Of a stretch of 64,000 nt of DNA, positions 47,750-58,400 are shown in pieces. The stretch spans positions 1,592,495 through 1,656,494 of the forward strand of contig OZ220480.1 in NCBI GenBank assembly GCA_965116025.1. Direction: 5' to 3'. This DNA is from an uncultured candidatus Porisulfidus sp. (GTDB taxonomy: Bacteria; Pseudomonadota; Gammaproteobacteria; Poriferisulfidales; Poriferisulfidaceae). The stretch's first letter is position 1; each line of letters begins with the position of its first letter. The notes below the pieces were generated by a model. That model was not told where the DNA came from, searched no databases, and worked only from the letters and a program-made list of their open reading frames with translations. The position numbers were made by a program, and so were the translations under genes.

Positions 47750-49288
47750 ATGGACAAGTTGATCATTTTCGACACCACGTTGCGGGATGGCGAGCAGAGT
47801 CCCGGCGCGTCCATGACGCGGGACGAGAAGCTGAACATCGCGCGCGCGCTGGAACGCATGCGCGTCGATGTCATTGAGGCGGGGTTTCCGGTCGCGAGTC
47901 CGGCCGAGTTCGAATCCGTGCGACAAATTGGCCAAGAAATCGCCGACAGCGCGGTTTGCGGATTGGCGCGCGCCTTGGACCAAGATATCGACCGGGCGGC
48001 CGAAGCGTTGCGGAAAGCCGCCCGTCCTCGCATCCACACCTTCATCGCGACCTCCCCGATCCATATGGAGCGAAAGCTCCGCATGCGGCCGGAACAGGTC
48101 GTGGAGCATGCCGTGGCCGCGGTGAGGCGGGCGCGTCGATACACCGATGACGTGGAGTTCTCCCCTGAGGACGCCGGGCGCTCGGATCCAGACTTCCTGT
48201 GCCGGATCGTCGAGGCGGTGATCGACGCGGGAGCGCGGACCATCAATATCCCGGACACGGTGGGATACAGTCTCCCGTTCCAGTTCGGGAATCTGGTGGG
48301 CGACTTGATCGAGCGAGTCTCGAACTCGGATCAGGCCATCTTCTCGGTGCATTGCCACAACGATCTTGGGCTGGCGGTCGCGAATTCCCTGTCCGCGGTG
48401 CGCCGAGGCGCCCGGCAGGTCGAATGCACCATCAATGGCTTGGGCGAGCGGGCCGGGAACGCCGCGCTCGAGGAAATCGTCATGGCCGTGCGCACGCGGC
48501 GGGACGAATTCGATTGCGACAGCGGGATCGACGCGACTCGCATCGTTCCAACATCGCGGCTGGTTTCCAGCGTGACCGGGTTTCCGGTGCAGCCAAACAA
48601 GGCGATCGTCGGCGCCAACGCGTTCGCGCACGAGTCCGGAATCCATCAGGACGGAGTGCTCAAGTATCGGGAAACCTACGAGATCATGCGCGCCCAGGAC
48701 GTGGGCTGGTCCGATAACCGGATTGTGCTGGGCAAGCATTCCGGACGGCGGGCCATCATGGAGCGCGTCCAGAAACTCGGCCTCATGGTCGGAGAGGACG
48801 AGATGGATTCGTTTTTCGCCCATTTCAAGGAATTGGCGGACCGCAAGCATGAGATATACGATGACGACCTGAGGAGATTGGCGTTGATGGAAGGAGAGAG
48901 CGCGGATCGAGAAGGCTATCAGCTGGTCGATCTGGAAGTGACTTCGAAGGTCGGCGCGACGCCTGTGGCGCGGGTCGATCTGGCGCGAGACGGCGAGCGC
49001 TTCCGAGGAGAAGCATCTGGAGGAGGGCCGGTGGACGCGTCGTTCAAGGCGATTGAGGACATCGTTCATTCGGAGTCGGAATTGCAACTGTATTCGGTCA
49101 ATAACATCACGACTGGAACCGATGCCCAGGGAGAGGTGACCGTCCGCCTGCGAAAAGACGACCGGGTGGTCAATGGACAGGGAGCCCACACGGATATCGT
49201 TATCGCGTCCGCGCATGCGTACTTGAACGCGCTCGACAAGTTGGTTCGCGCGCCAGGGAGAACGCACCCGCAACTGGATCACATCTAG
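47750..49288 (+). CDS. leuA: 2-isopropylmalate synthase
   Basis: [14 protein letters not shown] at the N-terminus and the [12 protein letters not shown] motif. 512 aa. Confidence 0.95.
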   Translation: MDKLIIFDTTLRDGEQSPGASMTRDEKLNIARALERMRVDVIEAGFPVASPAEFESVRQIGQEIADSAVCGLARALDQDIDRAAEALRKAARPRIHTFIATSPIHMERKLRMRPEQVVEHAVAAVRRARRYTDDVEFSPEDAGRSDPDFLCRIVEAVIDAGARTINIPDTVGYSLPFQFGNLVGDLIERVSNSDQAIFSVHCHNDLGLAVANSLSAVRRGARQVECTINGLGERAGNAALEEIVMAVRTRRDEFDCDSGIDATRIVPTSRLVSSVTGFPVQPNKAIVGANAFAHESGIHQDGVLKYRETYEIMRAQDVGWSDNRIVLGKHSGRRAIMERVQKLGLMVGEDEMDSFFAHFKELADRKHEIYDDDLRRLALMEGESADREGYQLVDLEVTSKVGATPVARVDLARDGERFRGEASGGGPVDASFKAIEDIVHSESELQLYSVNNITTGTDAQGEVTVRLRKDDRVVNGQGAHTDIVIASAHAYLNALDKLVRAPGRTHPQLDHI

Positions 49289-49299
49289 CGCGCGGACCG

Positions 49300-50076
49300 A
49301 TGTCCAGAAACGCCGCCTCGCCCAACGACGAATGCCTGGAGGGGTTGGGCCTGCGGCGATGGCGCCATCGGAATTCGGGCGAGACGGACGAGAATCCGGA
49401 CGATCTGGAAGACGAGAATGATCGGGATGGCGAGAAAGCGGAAGAAATGGAGAAGGAGAAGCCCCCCACGACGACCCTGACGCTGGATCCCGAGAGTCGG
49501 CATTTGCATCAATGGCGCGTGGCGCGCAAGGACGTCTCGGAGTGCGTGCTCTGCGAACTGCACCGAACTCGCAAGAACACGGTTTTCGGCGTGGGCGTGG
49601 AGGACGCGGACGTCATGATGATCGGGGAGGCTCCGGGCGCGGACGAGGATGCCCAGGGAGAGCCTTTCGTTGGGCGCGCTGGCAAGCTTTTGGATAGCAT
49701 GCTGGCGGCGATCGGGATGAGTCGGGAGCGAGTCTTCATCGCGAACATCCTGAAATGCCGGCCTCCCTACAACGAGAATCCCACGCCGGAGCAGGCGGCG
49801 AAGTGTCGTCCGCACCTGGATCGTCAGATCGATCTCGTCCAGCCTCGTATCATTCTGGCGCTTGGCTCGGTCGCGGCCCGCAACCTATTGGATGTGGAGA
49901 CTCCGATCGGGAAGCTGCGTGGGACCGTTCACGAAATGCCCGGGTCGAAAATCCCCGTCATTCCGACGTACCATCCGGCGTATCTATTGCGCCGTCCCCA
50001 AGGAAAAGCCCAGGCGTTCGAGGATTTGATGTTGCTATGCGACTCGCTCAAGAGCTTGGGCGTCTCGAGCGACTGA
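49300..50076 (+). CDS. uracil-DNA glycosylase, family 4
   Basis: GEAPGADED and FVGRAGKLL motifs with a 4Fe-4S Cys pattern. An unusually acidic ~60-aa N-terminal extension is present, so an internal start at 49447 is possible. Confidence 0.85.
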   Translation: MSRNAASPNDECLEGLGLRRWRHRNSGETDENPDDLEDENDRDGEKAEEMEKEKPPTTTLTLDPESRHLHQWRVARKDVSECVLCELHRTRKNTVFGVGVEDADVMMIGEAPGADEDAQGEPFVGRAGKLLDSMLAAIGMSRERVFIANILKCRPPYNENPTPEQAAKCRPHLDRQIDLVQPRIILALGSVAARNLLDVETPIGKLRGTVHEMPGSKIPVIPTYHPAYLLRRPQGKAQAFEDLMLLCDSLKSLGVSSD

Positions 50077-50135
50077 GTTCCCGATTTCTTGGCGGGAGAC
50101 CGTAGCTGGCGAGGATTGACGGCGGGGCGCGAGTA

Positions 50136-52928
50136 TCAGACCATATCTTTGCGGCAAATTCCTTGAGCGGAACAGAGGCCGCAAACCGCCTCGCTTCCAT
50201 TGGCAGGCATTCCGCGCTTATTTCTCAGATCCCGAAACGTTTCGCGCAGCCTGGAGTCAACCTTTTCACTGAGATACGAGAGTTCTTCGCCTTCTAGAGA
50301 CGTCAATGGAATCCCGTTCCGGGAATCTTGGCCCACCCACCAGTATTCCACTCGCTCGACGGGATTCGCCACCAACGCGTAGCTGGGCAGCTGAACTTGC
50401 TCCCCGGTTCGCACGTCGTTTATGAGTACCTTTTTGGACCCGGTTTTGTAGTCGATCACGATCCGGCCTCCACGCGCGTCTTGGTCTAAGCGGTCCACGC
50501 GTCCAACTATGGTCAGGTTCTCGCTGACCTTGCGTTCAAGCGTTCGCTCGCTCTCTACAGGAGTTTGCTGACGCTCCACGGTTTTCTGAAGCTGAACATA
50601 GCGTCGAGCGATCGCTCTCCATCGCTCCATAAACACGATGTTGGACGCGTTCGGCGCGAGCTTTGCCATAACGTGGTCGCCAATGTTCAGAAGCGTTTCG
50701 AGCGCGTCGTCCTCACGCCCTTCGATTTGGTCCTTCCAAGGTCCGGGAACGCCAGGAACGCCGGCGTGGAAGGCCTCGAGACATCGGTGCACGTATTCCC
50801 CGAACTCCAGATTGTCCATTTCCTCCCGGATCATCTCCATCTCCCGGATGCCGAGCATGTAGCGAACGTAGAACTTATAGGGGCAATCGATCAGCGCTTG
50901 GTGTCCGCTGGCCGAAATTCGATCCGGCAACAACTCCGGAAGGGCGGCAGGGCTGGGCGGGAAGCTCTCGTAAGGCTGGCGAATCCGAGGGCCAGGAGGC
51001 CGCACTTGGGCATCCGGATGCAGGCTGAGCGCGGACAGAGAGGGCTCCTTGAGGGAAGTTCCGTAAATCAGGCGATGAAACACGTTAATTTGGGTCCACC
51101 AGACGCTGGGCAGGAGCGGCTCGTCCCGGTCTATTTTCTGGTAGGTCAGGAGAACCTGATCAGAGGACACGATCAGGGACAGAAACCTCTGCAGGTCAAG
51201 TTTGCGCGAATCGGCGCTGGTCGGCAGTCCTAAGTCGCCGCGCACCGAGTCGTTGAACACGAGAGAATGAAAATTGATCCCCGGATAGTGCCGAGAATCC
51301 ATTCCCGCGACGATTAGTCGATCAAACCGAGCTAGGTGAGCCTGATTCAGGTTGATTAGGGAAACCGCGCTTCGGGGAGCTTTCCCCCGGTAGTTCTCTC
51401 GCTCCCATGCTCGACGCAGCAAGGAGCGCCATTGCGATTTCTGCAGGCGAGCGTCATTTTGTTCCAACTGGAGGCGTAGGCTCTCCAGTTCCGACAGCGC
51501 TTTTTTTCCCGCTTCATCTCGGGACAGGCAGGACAGACAGCCTAGTAATTCGAGACTTTCCAGCAATGCCTCCATATATTCGCTTCCACTCGGGATATCC
51601 GAAAGCTCCAGCAGGGGAGCCGCGGCTTTTTCCGCATGATCTAGAAAACTGATCCATTCCGAATTTCCGCTAGCGACTTCCCGATAGTTGCGCAAGCCGC
51701 TGTGGATGTTGTGGAAATGCAACGCTCGCTCGAATTCTCCGACCTGATCCAGGATCTCCGGATGCCCGGGCAGGCGCGTGAACGGAGATTTCAGCACGTC
51801 GAGAAACGGCAGATAATGAAATTCTTGATCCAAGCACTCGATCCAGCGCTCGATCGCGCTGGCGGCGCTGGTGGTGGACAAGGCCCAGCCCGCATGGTCT
51901 TGGACCGAGACGGAAGCTCGGTTCAGCAAGGCGCAGACCCGGCGCGCTAATTTTCGGTCTTCAGTGACCAATCCAATGTTCCGATACCCCTGATTCAGCC
52001 AACGCCGGATCTGGATATCGATTCCCCGGGCATGGGGCTCCGCCTGGTCCGCGACGAAGCTGAAAATTCGGCCCGTCAAGGGATCCTCGGGGAACTCCTC
52101 TCGACAAGCCCGCGCGCGCTCCGCCACGTCTGCCCGGTCGAGCGCGAAGGCTTCCTGCAGGACGGAAGCGTGTGGAGGCGGGGGAGTGTCAACGTGGGAA
52201 GATTCCGAGTCCAGAGGAATCGCGGCTTGCGGTCGAGCCAGAACGTGGACCGGGACGCTTTCGCTCATACGTCGCAACGCCTCGATTTCGGCCAGAGCGA
52301 GGCGATCATATCCGCATGCGTAGATGGCTTTCACGTTCGGGGGGACGCGAAGGTTCCGCAACGCCTCGCGGTAGTATTTTCCGGAGCTGAGGATTTTGCG
52401 CGAACTCTCGTTCCAAGCAGTCCAAAGCAGATGCACGATATGGGCCTCTTCGCCCAGCTGTTCGGGAGTCTTTCCCGCGATGCGGTACGCTTCTCGCAGT
52501 TGGGAAGTTAGTTCTTCCTTGTCCGTCGGTAGCGATGCCTCGTTAAGCCAGAGTTGATCGAACAGTTCCATCATCTCTTCCGCCACGGACCAAGAATCCG
52601 TCTGGATCAAGGTGCGTAGGGTTTGGTTTTGATGAAGGACGTCAACTAGATCCAGAAGTTCGGACAGATGATTCTCGATTCCGTCGAACTGGCTGTTTTG
52701 GCATGCCCATGCTTTAAAGGGGAGAATGGGGGGGAGCAGCAATCCTTGATGCCCCTGTCGCTTGGCGTGTCGCAATAACTCCGAACGCAAGACCCGCACC
52801 GACGTGGCGTTCGGGGTCAAGACCACTAGGTCGGTCAGGTCCGGGAGGCCCTCCGCGTGACGTTCTAGGATGGTTTCGGCGCAATGGCTGCCGAGTGGAA
52901 CGTGCGAGGGGCAGGAGACTCGTTTCAT
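50136..52928 (-). CDS. PD-(D/E)XK nuclease family protein, AddB/RecB-exonuclease-like (930 aa)
   Basis: Large ORF. The C-terminal nuclease region ends in the Fe-S staple-like C-x2-C-x5-C (CGLCSAQGIC). The start codon abuts the fdxA stop with zero spacing. Confidence 0.7.
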   Translation of the reverse strand: MKRVSCPSHVPLGSHCAETILERHAEGLPDLTDLVVLTPNATSVRVLRSELLRHAKRQGHQGLLLPPILPFKAWACQNSQFDGIENHLSELLDLVDVLHQNQTLRTLIQTDSWSVAEEMMELFDQLWLNEASLPTDKEELTSQLREAYRIAGKTPEQLGEEAHIVHLLWTAWNESSRKILSSGKYYREALRNLRVPPNVKAIYACGYDRLALAEIEALRRMSESVPVHVLARPQAAIPLDSESSHVDTPPPPHASVLQEAFALDRADVAERARACREEFPEDPLTGRIFSFVADQAEPHARGIDIQIRRWLNQGYRNIGLVTEDRKLARRVCALLNRASVSVQDHAGWALSTTSAASAIERWIECLDQEFHYLPFLDVLKSPFTRLPGHPEILDQVGEFERALHFHNIHSGLRNYREVASGNSEWISFLDHAEKAAAPLLELSDIPSGSEYMEALLESLELLGCLSCLSRDEAGKKALSELESLRLQLEQNDARLQKSQWRSLLRRAWERENYRGKAPRSAVSLINLNQAHLARFDRLIVAGMDSRHYPGINFHSLVFNDSVRGDLGLPTSADSRKLDLQRFLSLIVSSDQVLLTYQKIDRDEPLLPSVWWTQINVFHRLIYGTSLKEPSLSALSLHPDAQVRPPGPRIRQPYESFPPSPAALPELLPDRISASGHQALIDCPYKFYVRYMLGIREMEMIREEMDNLEFGEYVHRCLEAFHAGVPGVPGPWKDQIEGREDDALETLLNIGDHVMAKLAPNASNIVFMERWRAIARRYVQLQKTVERQQTPVESERTLERKVSENLTIVGRVDRLDQDARGGRIVIDYKTGSKKVLINDVRTGEQVQLPSYALVANPVERVEYWWVGQDSRNGIPLTSLEGEELSYLSEKVDSRLRETFRDLRNKRGMPANGSEAVCGLCSAQGICRKDMV

Positions 52929-53252
52929 TCAGGTTTCGAGCAACGCTTTCTTTCCAGGCTTGCCGCGCCACTCGTCCGCATCGGGCGGGGGAGATTTCTG
53001 ACGGCTGATCTCCGGCCATTCGCCCGCCAAGTCGGCGTTAATCTGGATGAACTCTCGCTGCTCTTCGGGAACGTCCTTTTCCGGCACGATGGCGTTGATC
53101 GGACACTCTGGAACGCACAAGGCGCAGTCAATGCATTCTTCTGGATCGATCACCAAGATGTTCGGGCCTTCATGGAAGCACTCGACCGGGCAGACTTCCA
53201 CGCAGTCGGTGTATTTGCACTTGATGCAGTCTTCCAGGACGACGAAAGTCAT
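52929..53252 (-). CDS. fdxA: 7Fe ferredoxin (Azotobacter FdxA type)
   Basis: ORF 52929..53285 trimmed to ATG 53252 ([26 protein letters not shown]...[12 protein letters not shown]). Confidence 0.9.
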   Translation of the reverse strand: MTFVVLEDCIKCKYTDCVEVCPVECFHEGPNILVIDPEECIDCALCVPECPINAIVPEKDVPEEQREFIQINADLAGEWPEISRQKSPPPDADEWRGKPGKKALLET

Positions 53253-53316
53253 GAGCGGATGTGGTTCTATATCTGCGAGCGACACATTTGCTAGCGCGTC
53301 TCGCCTTTCCTGTGGC

Positions 53317-53674
53317 TGGTGGAGGTGGCGGGAATCGAACCCGCGTCCGCCAGTTCCTCCTCTTCGGCCCTACATGCTTAGCACCGTCTTTCATCTCGCG
53401 ATCAACACCCGACGGACAGGGCACGATGAACGCCAGCCTGCATGCTTGATTTAACCTTCCGGCTCCAGACAGACCGAATGGCGATCTTGTGTGATCGACA
53501 TCCATATCGGGATCCACAAGCATCTCCCGAAAGGATGACTAGTCGCGATTAAGCGGCCAGTGCGTAGTTGTCGTCGTTGGCAACTATATTTTTCGCAACC
53601 ATTTTTTACGAGATCGTTGCCGCCTCGGCATGCGCCTCGGATTTGGTAACCGCCGTCGAAGCCAAGTCACCCCC
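53317..53674 (-). ncRNA. ssrA: tmRNA (SsrA), 358 nt, tag ANDDNYALAA
   Basis: On the minus strand the 5' end is GGGGGUGACUUGGCUUCGACGG and the 3' end is GCGGGUUCGAUUCCCGCCACCUCCACCA. The acceptor stem has the G3:U pair. The tag reading frame GCC AAC GAC GAC AAC TAC GCA CTG GCC GCT TAA is at 53581-53549. Confidence 0.95.
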
Positions 53675-53689
53675 AAGTCGTTCCCGCCT

Positions 53690-53695
53690 ATTATA
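53690..53695 (-). promoter_or_regulatory. possible -10 box (TATAAT) for ssrA
   Basis: A perfect TATAAT on the minus strand lies 15 nt upstream of the mature tmRNA 5' end. No good -35 was seen. Confidence 0.3.
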
Positions 53696-53928
53696 CGCGA
53701 TAGTGGAAAAGTCCCGATCTTCCCAAATGCCCGGATTTCTGGGATTCATGCTCCTCCGCGCTCAAGCGGTCAATCGTGCGCTGACGGAACGACTCCATCA
53801 TTCCAAGACAAATCGGTCGCGTTCTTGTTGTAGTCGTCGATCCACCAACCAAAACGCTAGACAAAAATTGAATTCGTAACGGGTGCTTCGCGCATGGATG
53901 AAAACACTGACATCATGAAGACTGCGAG

Positions 53929-55107
53929 TCACCAGATCGCCCCAGTCTCGTGGCCAAGCTTGTTAAACGTCTCGGCCCTCGATATGCCGAGCATCCGGTA
54001 CGCATCTCTATAGAGCGTTCTCCCTTCCAGCGTATCCACAATAATTGCTTGCGCGAAGCGATACCCTACGCGGGAGAGCGTCGCGCGATAAAAGTTCTCA
54101 CCGGCTCCGCCTTTCCGTGCGAGTGGGTCTAGCCTCGCCTTCTCTCTCTCCCATTCGGAATCGAATCTCTCGCGGTCGAACCACTCCGCGTCAAGCAAGC
54201 GCCGAAGAATCACCAGAGAACTTACTTTGAAAACGTGCGTTAGGCGGTCCAAGGTTTGGCGTAGAGTTTCGGTATTCAGCAGTTCGCGTCGCAATACGGC
54301 GAGCGGGACCAGCAACTCGGCCGCTACGGCGCTGCACCAAACTTCTTCGCGTTGGGTTCCCGCCCGCGGCGCAATCTCTCCATGCGAGAGCGCGGACCTG
54401 CCAAGCCAGAGATGCGCGAGCTCGTGGGCCAAGGTGAACATTAGCACTGCCTTGGTGTCCGCTCCGTTGATGAAAATCAAGGGAGCGATAGGGTCGCAGA
54501 GCGTGAAACCTTGGAATTCTTCAGGGTCAAGGCGTCGGTGGGTGTTGCTCGCCACGATCCCATTCACCATGACGAGGATTCCCGCGGCTTCAGTTTGACG
54601 AATAAAAAGACGTAGAGCATCGGTCCATGTTGGACACTCTCTACGGGTGCTTAAGCCAAAGCCCAACGTTTCGCGCATTCGCGCCGCGACGGATTCTGGA
54701 GACGTATTGATGGTGGTGCTACCGATGAATTCGATCTTCGTTCGTCGCTCGACACGAGCGAAATCACGATACCAGCTCTGCCGCTCTTGGCAGGCATAAA
54801 TCGTATCCAGAAGGTTTGGGCTTGGTCGTCCTTCGCGTCGCCCGGCAGTAGCGCGAAAGTCTGGGATGGGCACCGATTCCTCTGGCGGTTTGATCAGAAA
54901 CAGATAACCGACTGGCGCGTGAACGAAGCGTGCGAACGCCTCCACTTGTCTCAACGTGGGTTTCTTTTCACCAGTCTCCCAATCCGGTAGATTCTTGAAT
55001 CGTGAAGCGATATCTTCTTGCGTATATCCAGCGCGTTCTCGGGCCCAGCGAATCAACGCGGGCTTGATGATCTCGCATCTCATTTCACGCGCGCTTTCCA
55101 AGCTCAT
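53929..55107 (-). CDS. XRE-type HTH fused to an ImmA/IrrE-family zinc metallopeptidase
   Basis: 392 aa. The N-terminal HTH reads IRWARERAGYTQEDIASRF...TLRQVEAFARFV. The zincin motif is HELAHLWL. AT-richer than the flanks. Confidence 0.8.
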   Translation of the reverse strand: MSLESAREMRCEIIKPALIRWARERAGYTQEDIASRFKNLPDWETGEKKPTLRQVEAFARFVHAPVGYLFLIKPPEESVPIPDFRATAGRREGRPSPNLLDTIYACQERQSWYRDFARVERRTKIEFIGSTTINTSPESVAARMRETLGFGLSTRRECPTWTDALRLFIRQTEAAGILVMVNGIVASNTHRRLDPEEFQGFTLCDPIAPLIFINGADTKAVLMFTLAHELAHLWLGRSALSHGEIAPRAGTQREEVWCSAVAAELLVPLAVLRRELLNTETLRQTLDRLTHVFKVSSLVILRRLLDAEWFDRERFDSEWEREKARLDPLARKGGAGENFYRATLSRVGYRFAQAIIVDTLEGRTLYRDAYRMLGISRAETFNKLGHETGAIW

Positions 55108-55468
55108 TGGAAGGGAAAATTTTGATTATGGCGTTCGCCTATTATCGCGGCATGATCTTCGTGCAGGATACCATAGCCCGATGGTCAGAAAGCGCGCTTG
55201 AGTGATTTTCGGATCACTAAATCTGAGCTAGACCATGATCCCGGTACAATGATCGACCAATCTTCTTCGCCATCATCACGCCAAACGGCCATCTTCAGAC
55301 TCATTCCGTTACCTGGAATAGACCTTACCAGTTTCTACTTCCTGTCAGCACGATCTTTCTGCCAGTATATCCGTGCCTATTCGTTCTCATTCTGGCGGCC
55401 AGGCCCTGACCGCTCATTCTCTCCGTAAACTCAATGCGCGGCTCCAAGCCCATGGCGGAGGGCAGGTG

Positions 55469-58400
55469 ATGGGGGCGCGTTTTCTGCATTTCGCGGACTG
55501 CGAGCGCGTCCTGAGTCCTAAGGAAGAGAAAACCTTCACGAAGTTGCTGGATTACGCTCCTCCCGTGGAGGATTATCCGGGTTCTAGTTCGCTCATCCTT
55601 GTGGTCCCCCGGCTCGGCACGATATCCCCGTGGTCCAGCAAGGCCACCGAAATTATCCAGAATTGCGGACTTTCCGCTATCCGGCGGGTGGAAAGGGGAA
55701 TCGAGTATCGCTTGGATAGCGTTGATCGCGTCTCGCGGGAGCAAGTCGACTTGTTGCATGACCGGATGACTGAATCCATCTTGGCCGACCTGAATCGCAT
55801 CGACAAAATCTTCGCGCGTTCGGAGCCAGCCCAGCTCGAGCGGATTTCTCTGAACCCGAATCCTGTCGAGGCCCTGCGCGAGGCGAACCGGACGTATGGC
55901 TTGGCCCTTTCCGATGCCGATATGGAGCACTTGATCCAGGCATATCGAGATCTTGGCCGTGATCCGACGGATGCCGAATTAATGATGTTCGCCCAAGTTA
56001 ACTCGGAGCATTGCCGGCACAAGATTTTCAACGCGCGCTGGAGAATTGACGGAAAACCCATGAAACGTAGCCTGTTCGAGATGATCCAGAACACCCACGA
56101 GACATCTCCGAACGGAACTCTGTCCGCCTATCTCGACAACGCCGCGGTGTTGGAGGGAGGCCGCGCTCGGCGAATGTCGATCGATCCGAAAACTGGTTTA
56201 TGGAGGGATATGGAGGGGGAATACGGGATCGTGATCAAGGTGGAGACCCATAACCATCCGACGGGCATCTCCCCGTTTCCCGGAGCGGCGACCGGGAGCG
56301 GTGGGGAAATCCGCGACGAAACCGCCTGTGGGCGAGGAGGGCGGCCGAAGGCTGGCCTGTGCGGATTCACCGTGTCGAATCTCGACATCGATTCATGGAT
56401 ACGACCTTGGGAGAACCCTTCTCGGGACCGCCCGTCTCGCATGGCGACTCCACTGGATATCATGATTGAGGGGCCGGTCGGCGCGGCCTCTTTCAACAAT
56501 GAGTTCGGCCGTCCGTGCCTAGCCGGATATTTTCGCACCCTGGAGGGTGAGGAGCGCACGCCTTCCGGCATTCGGGGATTCGGCTATCACAAGCCGATCA
56601 TGATCGCGGGAGGAATTGGCAGCATTCACCTGGATCATGTTCAAAAACAAGGAATTCCAGAGGGAACCCCGCTTGTGGTGCTGGGAGGGCCAGCCATGCT
56701 GATTGGTTTGGGAGGTGGAGCCGCGTCGTCGCGGCATACGGGAGCGGGAGACGAGCGTTTGGACTACGCCTCGGTGCAGCGTAGCAATCCGGAGATGCAG
56801 CGGCGCGCTCAGGAAGTTATCGAGCGTTGCGTCGCGCGGGACAAGGACAATCCGATTTTGTCAGTGCACGACGTTGGGGCGGGCGGGCTTTCCAATGCCA
56901 TTCCGGAGTTGATTCAGGGAGAGCCGGGGGGTGCGGAACTGGACCTCCGCGAAATTCCTTGCGCGGACGATGGGATGTCGCCGCGAGAGATCTGGTGCAA
57001 CGAATCGCAGGAACGCTATGTGCTGGCGATTCGAGGCGAGGATCTCGATTGGTTCACCGAGATATGCCAGAAGGAGCGATGTCCGTTCGCGGTCATTGGG
57101 AAGTCGACAGCGAGCGGAAGACTGCGCTTGGACGATTCGCGTTTTGGAGAGGCTGCCGCTGACGTGCCGCTGGTGTTGCTGTTCGGCGAGTCTTCCAAGA
57201 TGGACATCGCCGTCTCGTCAGTGGAGTGGTCGGATGCGCCGCTCGATATGAGCGGAATCGATCTTCTCGAAGCGGCTGAGCGAGTTTTGACGCTGCCTTG
57301 CGTAGCCTCGAAATCCTTTCTGGTCACGATTGGGGACCGCTCGGTCGGCGGTCTTACGGCTCGTGATCAGATGGTTGGACCATGGCAGGTTCCGGTCGCG
57401 GATGCGGCGGTGACGACCCGAGATTTCGAGGGAACGGCGGGCGAGGCCATGGCGATGGGAGAACGGCCGGCTTTGGCGATCCACCGTCCCGCGGCATCCG
57501 CGCGCATGGCGGTCGCGGAAGCCTTGACCAATTTGGCGAGCGTGAGGGTGCGCGATCGTGCGCGAATTCGTTTGTCCGCCAATTGGATGGCCGCTAGCTC
57601 TGAGCCAGAATCCTTGTTTGGCCTCCACGAGGCGGTAAAGGCGGTCGGGTTGGAATTTTGTCCGAAACTCGGCGTGGCGATACCCGTAGGAAAGGATTCG
57701 TTATCCATGCAGGCGGCTTGGGGGGCTCGGCGGGTCACCTCGCCTGTGTCTTTGATCGCCTCGGCGTTCGCGCCGGTTGAGGACGTGCGGCGCCATGTCA
57801 CGCCGCTATTGCGGGACGATCCCGAAACGAGCCTGCTTCTAGCGAGTCTGGACGCTAATCGGCGTTTGGGCGGATCGGCGTTAGCGCAAGTTTATGGGAG
57901 GACCGGGTCTGACGCTCCGGATGTGGAGGATCCCGCCCGCTTGGCGGCTTTTTTCGATTTGATCCAGGCTTTGCTGGACGAGGAGGATATTCTGGCGTAT
58001 CACGACCGTTCCGACGGAGGGCTGTTCGCTTGCCTGTGCGAAAGCGCTTTCGCGGGCCAGGTGGGATTGGATATCGATCTTTCCGTCTTGGAAGAGGATC
58101 TTTTGTCGTATCTGTTCAATGAGGAGATTGGAGCCGTGTTGCAAGTTCGGGCTGGGCGGGTGGACGAAATCACCCATCGATTCAGGAAGGCCGGCCTGCA
58201 TTGCGAATTGATCGGAGGCGTCCTTCAGAAGTCGTTGTTCCAGCTTCGTCGACGGGGAAAGATGAAAGCGATCTGGTCTTTGCCCGAAATGCGGAAGTTA
58301 TGGAGTCGCGTCGGCTATGAGATCGCCCGGCGCAGGGATAATGAGGATTGCGCCAGAAGTGAATATGAAAGCGCGGGCCTTTGGGGACCGCCGCCGCTTT

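Noticed and set aside
47546-49282. 578-aa minus-strand ORF opposite leuA. Similar long antisense ORFs occur at 45474..46940, 40718..41854, 43867..45012, 7998..9038, 3317..4072, 18429..19346, 29418..30344 and 36866..37540.
   Set aside because: They lie antisense to genes with unmistakable conserved motifs. They are Arg/Pro/Gly/His-rich with no recognisable domains, which is typical of stop-codon-poor antisense frames in high-GC DNA.
53250-53330. Possibility that an island integrated into the 3' end of ssrA, as tmRNA genes are classic attachment sites.
   Set aside because: The 3' end of ssrA faces fdxA with only about 64 bp between them. I found no direct repeat of the tmRNA 3' end elsewhere in the window. 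The AT-richer insert lies on the 5' (promoter) side instead.
53680-53928. Search for a degraded DUF4411/PIN-like partner gene downstream of the ImmA/IrrE gene.
   Set aside because: All three minus-strand frames give only short ORFs (for example WWIDDYNKNATDLSWNDGVVPSAHD) with no resemblance I can recognise. The stretch must also contain the ssrA promoter.
55198-55428. 76-aa plus-strand ORF (TTG start) between the ImmA/IrrE gene and purL.
   Set aside because: It has no Shine-Dalgarno, a Ser/Pro/Phe-rich low-complexity sequence, and it overlaps the purL leader. It is probably noncoding.
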